The notes: a model not told the origin generated them from the sequence alone. A stretch of 64,000 nt of DNA from Vicugna vicugna (GCA_013265495.1 MU058844.1:936941-1000940), one strand, 5' to 3'; counted from the first letter of the stretch, positions 40,497 through 54,876 are shown. A program made the numbers and translations.

Positions 40497-40537
40497 CACT
40501 CCTCCCTTGGAGAAAGGCCATCTTGTTTTTTTGGATT
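40497..40537 (-). CDS. PLEKHG7: PLEKHG7 exon (ESKKTRWPFSKGGV), 41 nt, intact
   Basis: tttcacccactag|AATCCAAAAAAACAAGATGG...GGAGTG|gtgagt; phases fit both neighbours. Confidence 0.88.
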
Positions 40538-41983
40538 CTAGTGGGTGAAATTAAAGAAGATATATTAGTACTTTGAGCAACTAGTGACAGATCATTGCAG
40601 TGCTTTACAAAACCTGCTTTTTTCAAATATGCCAAATAGAATTTGTCCTGCTTTAATTCTTCTCTTGAGAATGCACCAAATGAATATTTATATTTAAGCA
40701 GATGAGTGAATGAAGCGATGTTTCAACTGAAAGGCTGGTGTTCCATTGCTCTCTTAAGATGAAATTGTCCTGTTCCTTTACTAGCATATTGTTCACCCTC
40801 CTTTTCCCCCATTGCTCAGGGGGAAATCTTTAAAACACGATAAAATGTTGAGTAACTCTTTTAACACAGAGTCATAGAACTTTGGGTCTGAAAGGACTTC
40901 ATTTTCATACTGTTCTACCAGAAACCATCCTCTCAGCATATGCAACTTTAATAGTCTGCCCAAAGTTGAGATTCAGAGATTGCATCAACCTGATAATTCC
41001 CCAGTGTGCTTGAATGTAGATCAACACACATCATCAGTCTTTATGTCAGGGGCTTATTATCTCTACTGGCCACCTCAACATAGTCCTTAGGAGATGCTTT
41101 GAGCTAAGAAGTTATTATTCAGTAACACAATCTTTTGATGATAAGGAAATAAACAGACTAGATTATGGGTTCTTAATTTTTATGTCACTTGCATCAATTT
41201 GTAATGCTACCCAGAAAAAGCTGGGAATCATCTCGTAGGTTTAAGTGAGATGTTCTGATGACTCAATACAGAAAATGGATATCTTAAAGGTTCATCTATT
41301 AATTCATCAGGAGACTCCACACAACACTTCCATCAAGTGGAAGCAATTACTGAGCACTTACCACAAAAGGTGTTCGCGAGGGACTTCTCCCATGGGAACC
41401 CTGGAATCCAACGGATTCTCTCACTCGTTCTAACCACATTACTGATCTTTTGAAAGGGGGTTAGGTGGACTCTCCCTTAGAGACAAATCAGCTTTACCAC
41501 TCTTAGCCTTCAAATGCTTGGTGGTACACTATGATGTCCAACTTGAACTGCAGTAATTGGGGTCTCTGGTCTTAGCAAACTTCTCTTCTCTGCTTTTCTA
41601 AATTTGGGGGTAATTGTAGGGCCTTGGGAAAGCTTCACAAATATCCAGAAGAAAATCTAAATGCATCTCTATTGAATCCACAATCTTTTATTATCTTTAC
41701 TAATATGAAATAATTAAGTTTTACTGAATCAGAATCTCTATTTCAACAATATCTCTAGGTGACTGATATACTTCAAAACTTGAGAAGCACTGTGCTAGAC
41801 CATGACTTGGGGACATGAGAACTCTATTCTAACTCCCGGAGAAGAGGGCATGGAGGGATATGGTGGAGAAAGCTGCACCTTTTATCATGTGGTATCTGCT
41901 AAGAAACCAGGCACATATGCTTAGTAGAGAACTTAACAAAGAACTAGTTCCATCATGCAGCAATTACGACCTTGCTCCTCAGC

Positions 41984-42152
41984 ACGCTGATTCTCAAACT
42001 TTAGCTGGCAACAGAATCACCTGGGGGGCTTATTAAAAAAAAATATTGCTGGGCCCCACTCCAGAGTTTCCGGTGGTCTGGAGTGGAATCCCAGAATTTC
42101 CCCAGGCAATGCTGAAGCTACTGGTCTGAAAACAGTATCTGGGAAGCATTAC
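41984..42152 (-). mobile_element. MER5A-like element
   Basis: TTCTCAAACTTTAG...AGAATCACCTGG...GCTGGGCCCCACTCCAGAGTTTC. Confidence 0.7.
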
Positions 42153-43398
42153 TTTAGTTGTTTATCAGTTTAGAGCATTTGCAAAGCATCACAGAACATG
42201 TACTAACCTCTTAAGGCTACACTCTGATTTCTACGGGCCTGTCACTGAGTAGATCACTTAATCCCTCTTGGCTTGTACATTTGGGCGATTGTATCCTATA
42301 AGACAACAGATGGTCATTTGAACTGTTGTGTCATATAAGACAGTATATGGGAAAGGGCTCTATAAAGAGTAAAGAGCTATGCAAATGTTAGTTATGCTCA
42401 GTTATTCACCGGTGGCTTCTAAGTTCCACACAAAGATTATAGCAGCCAGTACAATGGGTGGTTGAAGCAGGCTGGTGGAGAGTGCATAGGGCTAGGAGTC
42501 AGGGGTCTAAATCCCATTCCTCTGACACAAACGAGCCGGCACCACGGGTAGGTCCCTTCTCCTTTCTGGTCTCACTTGGCACATATGTGAATGAGGAATG
42601 AACTTGGTGGTTTTCCACCTGTGTTGCTATAGGTAGTCATGGGCTTCCGAGGATGCTCTGGAGATTAATCTTTGGGACCCACTCCATTTTCAAGCAATAC
42701 AACTCCACCTGGATCTGTTTTACTGATTGTATTTGCAAGTAAGAATTCTTTTGTAAAAAGGGCTCTGCTAAGAATAAAACCAGTTTAAAAACTACCAGGA
42801 TGGATGATAATCTTGAAGTCTCCTTTTAGCTCTCAAAGGCTACCATCAGAATCATGGAAATGTGCCCAGAACACCACAATTGTTTTTTCTTCACAATGGA
42901 GTTCAAAATGCAGATTTACCCCAAGGCCGCCTCTCTCTAATCTGCTCTAACAATAATCTGCTGTCACTGGGCCCTCTGCTTCCACATGGTACCTTCCTGG
43001 CTGCTAGACACCAGTGCAAGGCTAAAGGCCAGGAGCACTACAGCAATGATAGGGGCACTGTCCACCATTCCAGAGAGAGCACTCGGCTCCAAGATAGGGA
43101 CTGTCACTCGTATACTGTTCCAGGTCCCGAACCTGGGGTAAATTATTTGACAAGAGGACCTTTTGAGGGAAGGTCTGTATCTTACCCATCTCTGCCAGTG
43201 GAATGCCCAATACCAAGAGTGGTATTCAGCTGGTTCCAGTAATTCATGGCTGATGCTTGTCCTAACTGGTGAGACATCTGATCTAACTTGTCAGTGCCAA
43301 TGTTCTACTAGTCATTAAATATTTGAAAAATTCCTCTGCTTATTATAATATTCATCCTGTAGCAGGCACTTAATATAAGTATGCAGAATAAACGGGAC

Positions 43399-43526
43399 CA
43401 GAATTCAGCAGCAGAAGCGGGTGGCACAGGCAATCAACAGCTCCATCTGACACCAGAAAGTCCCCGGGGAACACCTGGAGGCCAGGTAAGCTGAGCACCA
43501 CAGAACTCCTCCTGTGCTCGTAGAAC
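43399..43526 (-). CDS. PLEKHG7: PLEKHG7 exon (RFYEHRRSSVVLSLPGLQVFPGDFLVSDGAVDCLCHPLLLLNS), 128 nt, open frame
   Basis: Within ORF 43370..43576; acceptor ttgaacacag|, weak donor G|gtcccg. Confidence 0.88.
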
Positions 43527-45611
43527 CTGTGTTCAAGAGACGGAAGGAGAGAGCTTACAGCAGGCAGGGTCATCACTCAGACCGCCTCTGGGAACTTGGA
43601 AGTGACTGCCAGCAGCTTGACTAATGCCTGCTTTCTTAGGAGGCCACTCCAGGCTCCCTGGAGCGCTGTGATGACCCACACCCCACATGTTTACTTGACA
43701 GCTTTCTGAACCTTACTGACCACTTATAATTTTGAATAAGCCAAAGCAGAAGAGCTCACCTGGAAGTGTCAACACAAACATACCAGATGTGTTCTGACTC
43801 AGGAGAATGCTAGGAGAAAGCCCTCAAACACAAGAGTCTTAGCAAATTATGCACATGGCCTCAGGGTGAACAGGATGCATGGCCATGGTCACCACATGCC
43901 TAGAGATCTGAGGCTGGTTATTTCAAGTCAGCATTTTCATTTTTCCCAGAGAAAAATGGGAACTGTTGTTGCAAAAGCTTAGCCAACAGGCCTATCTACC
44001 TTCTCCTTCCTTTCACCCCATTTCATGAGATTTCCTTTCTGTCCAATGTTCACAAAATAAATGGCTGACATCAGACACAGCGGGGAGTAGCTCCAAAGCT
44101 GGGCATTTGCTCAGTGATCTTAAAGGAACAAAAGGTGTAAGGAATAGTATCATCCAATTGTAGGGACTTCAGAGCTTCCCCATCAGAGCAATCCAGATAT
44201 TCCTTTAGTCTGTTCTGAGGATGAGAGATTCAATTCCTTTTACTTATCGACCAGTGTAATCCCTAAATACTCTTTTATTAACAAGTAGCTTAGCAGATAG
44301 GTTTCCTTATATACAGAGGAATTTTGTATGCAGCAAAAGACATTAAGTATGGAATTGACTTGAAGGTTGAGTCTCAGTCTGTCATATCCCTCTGGATATT
44401 ATGTTTTGGGTTATTGCCATGCAGTTTCCTCCTCTGACAAAGAGACAATGTAAGTCCTCCATGCTTTGTAGCCAAGCACCATGCTTCTGACCTTCTGCAG
44501 GAGTGATGGCCTTTCTGCCTGCACTTTCATCTCTTGCCTCATAATTGAATATTCATGGATCTCATGCCCTTCTTCCTGTCAATGTCCAATGCTGGGGTCC
44601 TGGTCATGCCCTGTCAGGCCTATTATGCTGTTGTTGACCAAAGACTGGTGTATAATAGAGTACCCTCGGAATTTATATACTGCTCATCCTCGAGTCCCAC
44701 CTTTGGGATTTTGATTCAATAGGGTCTGAAGATGGGCCTCTGTACTAGTAGTTGTACCCAGCTCCCTAGATAGTCATCAGAGTTGCAGAACAATTGATTT
44801 TGAGAATACAAGCACCTTGATACAGGCCTTTCCTACCTTTAGATTTTAAGGATTATTTCAAATTCTCAGCCTTTTGCTAAAAACATCTTCAGATAATTTT
44901 TACTTACGAGTAGCAAGACAAGCTATTTAGGAAGTTTTAATTAATGAATAACCTATGTCCAATAAATTCTTATGAAAGATATGAGTTAGGGCTGCCTCAG
45001 ACTCTGCAGGTAAATGCTGGAGGCATAAAAGAAAGTTAACTTTGTCATAAAAGGCTTTCTCTAAGAAGTCTTCCCTGATGCTCAAATATTTCTTCCTATT
45101 TGTGCAATGCTATGCAGCCCCACTAGATCAGCATCCTCCACCTGTATTAACAGTTGCTTTTTCACTCTTCTCTTCACCTTCTGTTTTACCTTTTTGATTC
45201 TATCACTAAACGTCAGTTATCCAAAATATAAGTCTAACCTAGTCCCTCCTGGCTTGAGATAAACACATTTTTAAAGCATCCACACAAGCGTTCCATGATC
45301 TGACCCAGTTACCTTCCTGATATTCTTTACTTTACAATTTATTCTTTGGAAACAGGGAATGGATTGCAATTCCCTACACAAAATGTTTCACACTTCAATG
45401 CCTTAGCTGGGAATGCTTTGCCCTATCTACCCTCTCCAAACCTGTCTTTTATTTATTCCAGGCCATGAATTATCTAAGTAACTCAAAAAGGAACTGCTTA
45501 CATGAAATCTGGCTCAGATTTATTCAATTAGCTGCATTCCTTAGGGTTTTAAAATCTGTTTTGACTGGCTTTTCTCTGTTCTTCTCTTTTATTGGAGAAT
45601 TTTAGGGTAAT

Positions 45612-46071
45612 GTTGCAGACACTGCTAGCAGCCCAGACAATGAGCATGTTCTCTATTTTTCTTACTATCAAAACCTTGCTTTGTTGGGGTTCCATGTGCT
45701 GAGTGAATGCAATGACCAGCCCTGATTCCCTTGCAGCTAGCGGACACTACGTAACCCAAATCTGGCCAGTGGGATTTAAACAAAAGTTGCAGAGTGTGGC
45801 TTCTGGGAAAAACTTTTCCAAGGGGCAGGGCTGGCTAGTTTCTTCTTTTTCCTTTTCCCTGTGCCCTTCTTGTTATCATGATTACGGCTTTATAACTGAA
45901 AGTATACCAGTAATTTTGCAAAGATAACGGCAGAATGGGGAGAAAGGAGCCTGGCAGGATGCTGACATGGTCCTGACCTGGGCTCTGGTTATGTTACAAA
46001 AGAAACACCATTAATTAGCTTAGGTTGTTCCAGTATGGTTCTGTTACATGCAGACAAATGCTGACCTGACA
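45612..46071 (+). mobile_element. Old MaLR LTR (MLT1J-like)
   Basis: TGTTGCAGACACTGCT start; CCCTTGCAGCTAG..CCAAATCTGGCCA core; CTGTTACATGCAG..CCTGACACA end. Confidence 0.55.
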
Positions 46072-46820
46072 CAGATCTTCTAGTCCTGGACTTTCTTCTC
46101 CAAGAATGTCATCTTTCACCACCTACTTATAATAAGGTTTGTAACAAAATCATTAGACTTACATCTTACAACTCTCCCTTTTTTGTTATTTGCCAACCCA
46201 ATGTCCATGGTGGTTATGAGGACGGAGGGGGCTGAATTAGGTGGGAGTTGGAAAAGTTGCAGTAATTTGAATGAGAAATATAATTCTAGTTTCTTCATTT
46301 TGCAAACAAGACATTGGAACTGATACATAATGAATTAACAGTATACAAATCCAGCCAGGAATTTGCACAGTGCTATCCAAAAGGTAGTAGAAAACAAACT
46401 ACTGGGAGCCCCAACAAGTCCCCTGAAAAGAAATATTAGAAACTTCCCAGGAAACGTTATACTTCTCTTGATAAAGTCCCTGGAAGAATATAATAAGATT
46501 CGGTATGCACAGGGAGAGAGGGGATTGAAAAATTACAATAATTTGAATGAGTAACATAAAACTACATCAACTTTGGGGGGAAAGTTTACTCTCTTGAGCT
46601 TAAACTATACATGTTAGACAATCTGGTAAGTATAATGAGTTTGGTAGTTTCCCCCTAAGATTCTATAAGCTATCTTTATATTCCCTGGGGACCTCCGAGA
46701 GGACATAACTAACGGTGGAGTGGAAGAATTAAGTCTTCCCTGGCCTTCTCTAGACTGTCTTCTGTGATTCTCTTCCATGTTTCTATCGTCCTCTGGAGTG
46801 ATGGTTAAGAGTGTGGAGTC

Positions 46821-47250
46821 ACAGCCATAAAAAAGAATGAAAAAATGCCACTTGCAGCAACATGGATGGGACTTAGAGATTATCATACTAAGTGAAGTAA
46901 GTCAGACAGAGAAAGACAAACATCATATGGTATCACTTAAATGTGGAATCTAAAAAACTTATACAAATGAACTTATTCACAAAACAGACTCACAGACATA
47001 GAAAACATTTATGGTTACCAAAGGGGAAGGGGGTACAAATTAGGAATTTGGGATTAACAGACATAAACTACTGAATATAAACAACACGGTCCTACTGTAC
47101 AGCACAGAGAACTATATTCAATACCTTGTAATAAACTACAATAGAAAAGAATCTGAAAAAGTATACACACACACACACACAATGTAAAACGGAATCACTT
47201 TGCTATACACCAGAGACACAACACTGTAAATCAACCAAAAAAAAATAATA
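46821..47250 (+). mobile_element. LINE-1 3' end inserted into a MIR
   Basis: L1 ORF2 end and 3' UTR with A tail; MIR head (GATGGTTAAGAGTGTGGAGTC) before and MIR continuation (GAGTCAAACTGCCT) after. Confidence 0.85.
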
Positions 47251-48906
47251 GAGTCAAACTGCCTAGATTTTAATCTTAGCTGGGTGACCTTGATTGAGCA
47301 AGTACCTCTGGCCCTGACTGTCACATGTGAAATGTAGACAATAATCAAATCTACCTCTTGTGTGAAGATCAAATGATCAACACAAAGCACTTAGATCTTG
47401 CCTGAAACTTAGTAAGCTGCCAATAATTGCTATTATGTCTGTTGTTGAATATTACACAATATCATGTTCTATTTGTGTCTGTTTATTCCACCAGACTGTC
47501 AGCTCCTTCCATGCAAGAAACATGTCTTATCATTATTTGTGTTTGTGGGTGCTCATTTAGTACTCAATTCATTGTTACTGATGAACACGAATGAGTAAAA
47601 TTCCCTTCTGATGCTGTCCTCCCTCCTGGGAAGTATCTCACTATATAAAGCAGTTTTGTAGATTCATATCTTATCTCCTCCCCACCCCCCTTACCCTAAG
47701 CTCCTACCTCCTGGTCTAAAGCCTGTGTTTAGTAAGGGCTTAATAAATATTTATTGAGTAAATGAACAATAACCAAACCTGCACACACCATAGTCATCAC
47801 ACGCGTCTTCCTGACACAGCCTTCTGCAGAATGTGTACTCCTACTGCAGTACTAGCTGCTCACTATTCTTTAAACTTGCCCTGCACTTCATGCCTCCATG
47901 CCTTGGCTAGTTCCCATCTGCCTATCTCCACTTTGCCTGGCAAACTCATAGTCATCTCTAAATTACAGCTTAAACGTTCTCCCTCCAGAAGTCTTTTCTG
48001 ATCTTCTCAGAGAAATCCAATTCTCTCACTTTATAATTATTTCATTGAAGGCTAATGCTGTGTCTTATGTATCATAGAATCTAAGCACCTAGCATAGGAC
48101 ATGACATAAAATAGGTATTCAAATAAGTCTGTTGGATGAATAACCATGCTGACCTACAGAATGACATACAGACAGTTCCCAAATGAATTTGGCAACTGAA
48201 CCAAATTATGAACTATTCTGGATCATAAATGAATAACTAGATGCATATACAATACACAAAATACAATTTAAATCTTAACCCTCCCAACCCAGCCATTAAA
48301 GGTGATTAAGTTACCCCTATCCATTTCTTCCTTGTCCAGGTTAACTTCTCACATAAGGCATCCATTTGGGAACACATAGGGCAGGTTTTGGAGTTCACTG
48401 TGCACATATGGAGCAGAGGGAAGAAAAGTGGCTTGCACAGGGCTTGAGTCATGACCTCATCTTTGTTGCCTTGGTGTTCAAAACTCAATGATGCTCACTC
48501 TGGAAAGGCTGGGCATGTCCCTGGAAGGGCATAACAGAAGTTCTGATGACATTCTTATATTCATCAGAAAAGGGCATGAGTTAATAAAAATATCAAGAAC
48601 TACAGTTGTAATTCCATATGGAGATCTAGGAAAACAGTAAGAATATCTGCACATATTAACATGAAGAGACATGAATTGGTGCAGAAAACCTGCCCCTGCA
48701 TCATTTATGCCTGGCAGCAGACTAGATTTCTGGGCACTCGGCAAAGGACCCCATGTCTGTGTCAGCCAGGGTTGCTCAGGTTATTGGGTTAGTTATATTA
48801 ATGCAAATAGTTGCAATGAATTCAGAATGGCTTTGCATTTAGGTCTCACAGGGGGAGGGGTGTTGGTGGTTCCAAATTGGTACTGTGAATGAAAAATGCT
48901 GCCTGC

Positions 48907-49332
48907 TGTATCAGTAAACAAAAGATGTTGCAGTCATCAAGCCACTACAGCTGCCCCTGAAAGTGTACCCAGAGGGTACTCAGGATGGGAAAGAACAGGA
49001 TACTGGCCCTTCATAGCTGAAGTGCACATCAAAGGAATGATTTAAGGAGCATACACTTTGCATCTTCCCATACATAGAAAAGCACTAAATTCCTTAACTT
49101 GAGACATCTGGTTTTCTTTAATAAACAGTAAACTTTTGATGTTTCAACTACCTGGTCTTTGTTGCAAAAAAAGTCGCACATACTTCCTGGCTCCTCCCTT
49201 ACCTCTTCAGAGCAGTCCCTTAGAGCTACCTAAGAGGCAGTCTCCAGGGCTTGAAGTTCCTAGAAAATCTGCCGAATAAAACATAATTCCCATCTTTAAG
49301 GCTGGGCTTCCCCCTCACCCCTCCCATCAACA
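48907..49332 (+). mobile_element. ERV1 solo LTR, resembling cetartiodactyl MER41-type LTRs
   Basis: AGTAAACAAAAGATGTTGC...GCATCTTCCCATACATAGAAAAGC...GGCTCCTCCCTTACCTC...GAATAAAACATAATTC...CAACA, with poly(A) signal and CA end. Confidence 0.72.
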
Positions 49333-50299
49333 GTATCTTATTTTTGCTATTCTAAATTGGACTCCTTCTTATAAAACATGGCATGCACATGGGGTCACTA
49401 GGTCCAGTTCCAGACTAATAAACCATTGGAAGTAATCACTGTAAAAAATTCACACTTTTTATCTCCCTTCCTGAAGCCAAATGGTGTGTGCGTGAGGTCA
49501 TGGCATCCTGGGTGAAAAGGGTGGGGAAGAGAATTTTTTGGTACCTAATTTCCTCAGAGGGGGATTAAACCAGGGAATGAACTAATAATAACCACAAAAT
49601 GTTTCGGGTGTGGCTGGCAGGCTGCTGTCTCTGTGTAAGTACAGTACAGCTTCTTGCTGCCCTTGACTTAGAAAAGCACACTAAACATCCATCCATGAGA
49701 AATACACGTTTTGTTTTGTTTTGTTTTGTTTTTGTTTTTGATCAAGGCTCAGCTATTCTGGTTCTTTGTTTCAGGACAAAAGTCTGGACCCAGGAGGCTG
49801 TATAACTAATTGGGTGCCTGATCCAGATTTTGCAGCCCTCTTGGGGTTGCCAGCCACTTCCCTTCCCTCCCAAAGCCAAACACAACCACTCTTTCACTAA
49901 CCCTGAGTTGCGATGCCCTAGGCCGGTGAGATTTGAAGGGACTAGTCCCGTGGTTGTTGCTGGAATAATCTCGTCTCCTTTCTGGTATCAGAATTTCTCA
50001 TTATTCTGTCTTCTGCTGAAGATCCCAAGGTCCATGGTGTGGGCTGGGATGACAACGATGTAGAGAATCCAGAGAATTCTCCCCCATGGCTGAGGAGGCT
50101 GCACACCTATGTGTCACACTCAGCAATGAGCCTCCACTCACATGCTGGTGCCAGAAAAGTTTCTGGCTGGCGGAAATGAATACCCCAGTGGACCTTAAAT
50201 GCGTACATTCTGAAAAGAATAGATGGGTTGAGGTGAGTATTATTCTAAATAAAGTCAGCTGGCACTTCCTTAGTACCAACTCTTCCTAGATCTTCTGTT

Positions 50300-50480
50300 A
50301 GCGGTTTTACATGCATTATCATATTGATTTTCACAAGTACCCTATGAAGTGGAAATGACTGTTCTTATTATAGAGCAGAGGAAACTGAAGCTTACAGGGA
50401 TAGATAAGAACTCACCTAAGGCCTCATTATTAGTGAACAAAAGAGCCAGAATTCAATTCAAATTCCCAAGTCTGGCTCCA
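50300..50480 (-). mobile_element. MIR SINE
   Basis: GAGGAAACTGAAGCTTACAGGG...AGAGCCAGAATTCAATTC...GTCTGGCTCCA. Confidence 0.65.
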
Positions 50481-50589
50481 AAAAGACTTAATAAAAGGAG
50501 AGAAAGAGTTACTACAAACTATTTTAAAGCACTAAGTGCATTTTTAAATATTGATAAAATGGGGTTACTACTTTTGATAAAAGAGAGGG

Positions 50590-51010
50590 TATAGTGGGCT
50601 GAATAGAACACCCCCCCATACATGTCCACGTCTTCACCCTTGGAGTTTGTGAATGTGATCTTATTTGTAAAAGAAGCCTTTAAATAAAAAATCCTGAGAT
50701 TATTCTGGATTAGCTGAGTGGGCTTCACATTCCATGACATGTGTACTTATAAGAAACATCTAAAGAAGAGACAGAGGAGGGAAGGTCATGTGAAGAAGGA
50801 GGGAGAGACGAAAGTGATGAGTCCACAGTCAAGGAACACCTGCAAGAAAAAGCAAGGAAAGGTCCTCCCCTAGAGCATTCAGAGGAAACGTGGCTCTGCC
50901 AGCACCTTGATTTTGGATTTCCAGCTCCCAAAATTTTCAGAGTATAAATCTGTTGTTTTAAGCCACCTAGTTAGTGGTAATTTATTACAGCAGTCACAGG
51001 AGATGAAATG
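50590..51010 (+). mobile_element. MaLR solo LTR (MLT1B/C-like)
   Basis: GTGGGCTGAATAG...GTGAATGTGATCTTATTTG...TTTTAAGCCACCTAGTTAGTGGTAATTTATTACAGCAG. Confidence 0.8.
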
Positions 51011-51299
51011 AAGGGGGCAATACAATTGAGTGGCAAGAACACTCGACTTAGGACTGCAATTCCCAACTTTGACCTTCATCACATGTGACCCTGACAGGTC
51101 ACTTCCCTTAGCCTCAGTTTCCTTATGTAGAAAACAACTGTGAGTGAGACACTTTCTATCCCTCATGATCTGTGAATTGAGGGTTTAGGTGCATTGCTCT
51201 TATTTTCCCAACCAGTGGCCAGTGGATAGGGCAGTAATTATGTGATGACCTTTATTTTGGCAGAGATGTTTCAAGATGAATAATTAAAGCTCCTCCTTT

Positions 51300-53935
51300 A
51301 AGGGAACACTCCCAAACTCATTCTATGAAGCCACCATCACCCTGATACCAAAACCAGACAAAGACACTACCAAAAGAGAAAACTATAGGCCAATATCATT
51401 GATGAACATAGATGCAAAAATTGTTAACGAAATATTAGCAAACAGAATCCAACAACACATTAAAAATATACACCATGATTAAATTGGGTTCATCCCAGGT
51501 ACACAAGGATGGTTCAACACATGCAAATCAACCAACATGGTACATCGAAACAAGAGAAAAGACAAAAATCATGTGATCATCTCAGTAGATGCAGAAAAAG
51601 CATTTGATAAAATTCAACACTGATTTATGATAAAAACTCTAACCAAAGTGGGTTTAGAGGGAACATATCTCAACATAATAAAAGCTATTTATGACAGACT
51701 TACAGCCAGCAATAGTCAATGGTGAAAAGTTGAAAGTCTTCCCACTAAAATCCAGAACAAGACAAGAATGTCCTCTCTCATCACTTCTATTCAATATAGT
51801 ACTGGAAGTCCTAGCCACAACAATTAGACAAGAAAAAGAAATAAAAGGGATCCAAATTGGAACAGAAGAGGTAAAACTGTCACTATATGCAGATAATATG
51901 ATACTATATATAGAAAACCCTAAAGGCTCCACACAAAAACTACTAGAGCTGATAAAAGAATTTGGCAAGGTAGCAGGATACAAGATTAACATACAGAAAT
52001 CTGTTGCATTTCTTTACATTAACAATGAAATATCAGAAAAGGAAAGAAACAGTCTCTTTTAAAATCTCCAAAAATAAAATACTCAGAAATAAATCTGACC
52101 AAGGAAGTGCAAGACATACGTGGAGAACTACAAAACACTAAGAAAATTAAAGATGACTTAAAGAAATGGAAGGATATCCCATGTTCTTGGATTGGAAGAA
52201 TTAATATTGTTAAAATGGCCATACTACTCTAATCAATCTATAGATTTAATGCGATTCCTATCAAATTACCCAGGACATTTTTCACAGAACTAAAACAAAT
52301 AATCCTAATATTTTATACAGAATCACAAAAGATCCAGAATTGCCAAAGCAATACTGAAGAAAAAGAATGAAGCTGGGGGAATAAACCTCCCAGACTTCAG
52401 ACAATAGTACACACCTACAGTAATCAAAACAGCATGGTATTGGTACAAAAACAGACATATGGATCAATGGAACAGAACACAGAGCCCAGAAATAAACCTA
52501 TAGACTTTTGGTCAATTAATCTTTGACAAAGGAGGCAAGAATACACAATGGAGTAAAGACAATCTTTTCAGCAAGTGGTGCTGGGAAAATTGGACAGCTG
52601 CATGTAAATCAGTGAAGTTAGAAAACTCCCTCACATCTTACACAAAAATAAACTCAGAATGGCTTAAAGGCTTAAACATAAGACAAGACACTATAAACCT
52701 CTTAGAAGAAAACATAGGCAAAACATTACCCAACATAAATTTTAGCAATGTTCTCCTAGTCTACCCAGGCAATAGAAATAAAAGCAAAAATAAACAAATG
52801 GGACCTAATTAAACTTATAAGCTTTTGCACAGCAAAGGAAACCATAAGCTAAACAAAAAGACAACCTATGGAATGGGAGAAAATATTTGCAGAAAATAAG
52901 ACCAATAAGAACTTAATTCCAGAATATATAAACAGCTCATACAACTTAGTAAGAAAAAAACAAACCACCCAATCCAAAAATGGGCAGAAGACCCCAACAA
53001 GCAATTCTCCAATGAAGACATACAAATGGTCAATAGGCACATGAAAAAATGCTCAGTATTGCTAATTATCAGAGAAATGCAAATCAAAATTACAGTGAGG
53101 TATTACCTCACACCAGACAGAATGGTCGTCATTCAAAAGTCCACAAACAATAAATGCTAGAGAGGCTGTGGAGAAAAGGGTACCCTCCCATACCGTTAGT
53201 GGGAATGTAGTTTGGTGCAGCTGTTACAGAAAACAGTAGAGATTCCTCAAAAAACCAAAGGAGATGTACCATATAATCCAGCAATCCCATTCCTCGGTAT
53301 ATATCCAGAGGAAACTCTAATTCAAGAAGATAATGCACCCCAATGTTCATAGCAGCACTATATACAATAGCCAAGACATAGAAACAACCTAAATGTTCAT
53401 CAACAGATGACTGGAAAAGAAGATATGGTATATTTATACAATGGAATACTACTTAGCCATAAAAAAGAAAATGCCATTTGCAGCAACATGGATGGACCTG
53501 GAGATCATCATTCTAAGTGAAGTAAGCCAGAAAGAGAAAGAAGAATACCATATGATATCACTTATATGTGGAAGCTAAGAAAAAGACAAATGAACTTATT
53601 TACAAAACAGAAATACACTCGGACGTAGAAAACAAACTTATGGTTACCAGTGTGGGAAGGGGGAAGGGAAGGGATAAACTGGGAGTTCAAGATTTGCAGA
53701 TACTAACTACGATATGTAAAATAGATGAACAACAAGTTTATACCATATAGCACAGAGAACTGTATTCAGTATCTTGTAGTAACCTATAATGAAAAACAAT
53801 ATGAAAGCAAATATATTTATGTATTATGTATGACTGAACTACTATGCTATACACCAGAAATTGACATATTTAAAACTGACTATTTCAATAAAAAAATTCA
53901 CAACAATGCACATCGAATTTTAAAAACAAAAAAAT
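51300..53935 (+). mobile_element. 5'-truncated LINE-1 (RT, C-terminus, 3' UTR, A-rich tail)
   Basis: ORF 51691..52062 [22 protein letters not shown]...LYADNMILY is L1 RT. Confidence 0.92.
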
Positions 53936-54264
53936 GCTACTTTAGCAATATGACAAACACATTATTTGTATATTTTTAAAAAGATTCCTTCTGTACAGTG
54001 GGTTTAAACTAAGTACTGGCCTCCAATTCCCAGGTGCAAATTTTAAGGGAAAATAATAAAAAATACTAGACAATATGGGGAGTAGTAACTGCCATATAGT
54101 GATATATGTGCCTTAATGGAGTAAAAAATCTTAATGAAGGTACTACAGTTTGGATAAGGCACAGTCTAATCCTGTCCCCTGCTCTGAATGTTGTCCAAGA
54201 AGGCTTCCCTGACACTGCAGTCTACCCTTCTGACTAATCAACAATATTCATCTATCTCATCACA

Positions 54265-54415
54265 GGGGGGAAAAAAGGTGTACATATGGTAATAGATGTT
54301 AACTAAACCTACTGTGGTAATCATTTTGCACTATATACATATTTCAGATCATTACGTTGTATACTTTATACAATATTCTCTGTCAATTATATCTCAATAA
54401 AATTGGGGGGAAAAA
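54265..54415 (+). mobile_element. Old L1M-type 3' UTR fragment
   Basis: GATGTTAACTAAACCTACTGTGGTAATCATTTTGCA...TGTCAATTATATCTCAATAAAA. Confidence 0.7.
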
Positions 54416-54822
54416 TCAATACAATAAAATATGATGCTATGGAGGGCTGAAACTTTTTAAAAAGCAAACAAAAAACCCAAATTGCCATCTATTAACCTCT
54501 AGTTAATATCTTTCTAACAAGCTTTTAAACTTCTTGACAACTGGGGCAGTGTCTTCTCCCTCTCTGCCATCATCTCGAGTTTACAGACTTACAGCCACAT
54601 AACAGGTTTTAAGTAAAAGTCTAGGGAGGATATAATGTGATACTGACTCTAATGTTCAGATGAGCTTCCTGTGATTGATTATTTCACTCTGGAGTCAGAA
54701 TACTTTAGAAAGAATAAGTCAATAATTTGCATACAGGAAGTGCTAAATCAATGAATGAGTAGTTTCTTTTAAAAAGTTGAGTTATTCTATTGATTGTATC
54801 AAAAGACTATTAGACAGGTACT

Positions 54823-54876
54823 ACAGTTGACCCTTGAACAACACAGGTTTGAACTGAGCAGGTCCACTTATACACA
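54823..54876 (+). mobile_element. Tigger2-like terminal fragment
   Basis: TA|CAGTTGACCCTTGAACAACACAGGTTTGAACTG..GGTCCACTTATAC. Confidence 0.75.

Noticed and set aside
50160..50209. Part of a minus-strand AG/GT-bounded segment reading MYAFKVHWGIHFRQPETF
   Set aside because: No homology recognised and not needed for the PLEKHG7 exon chain.
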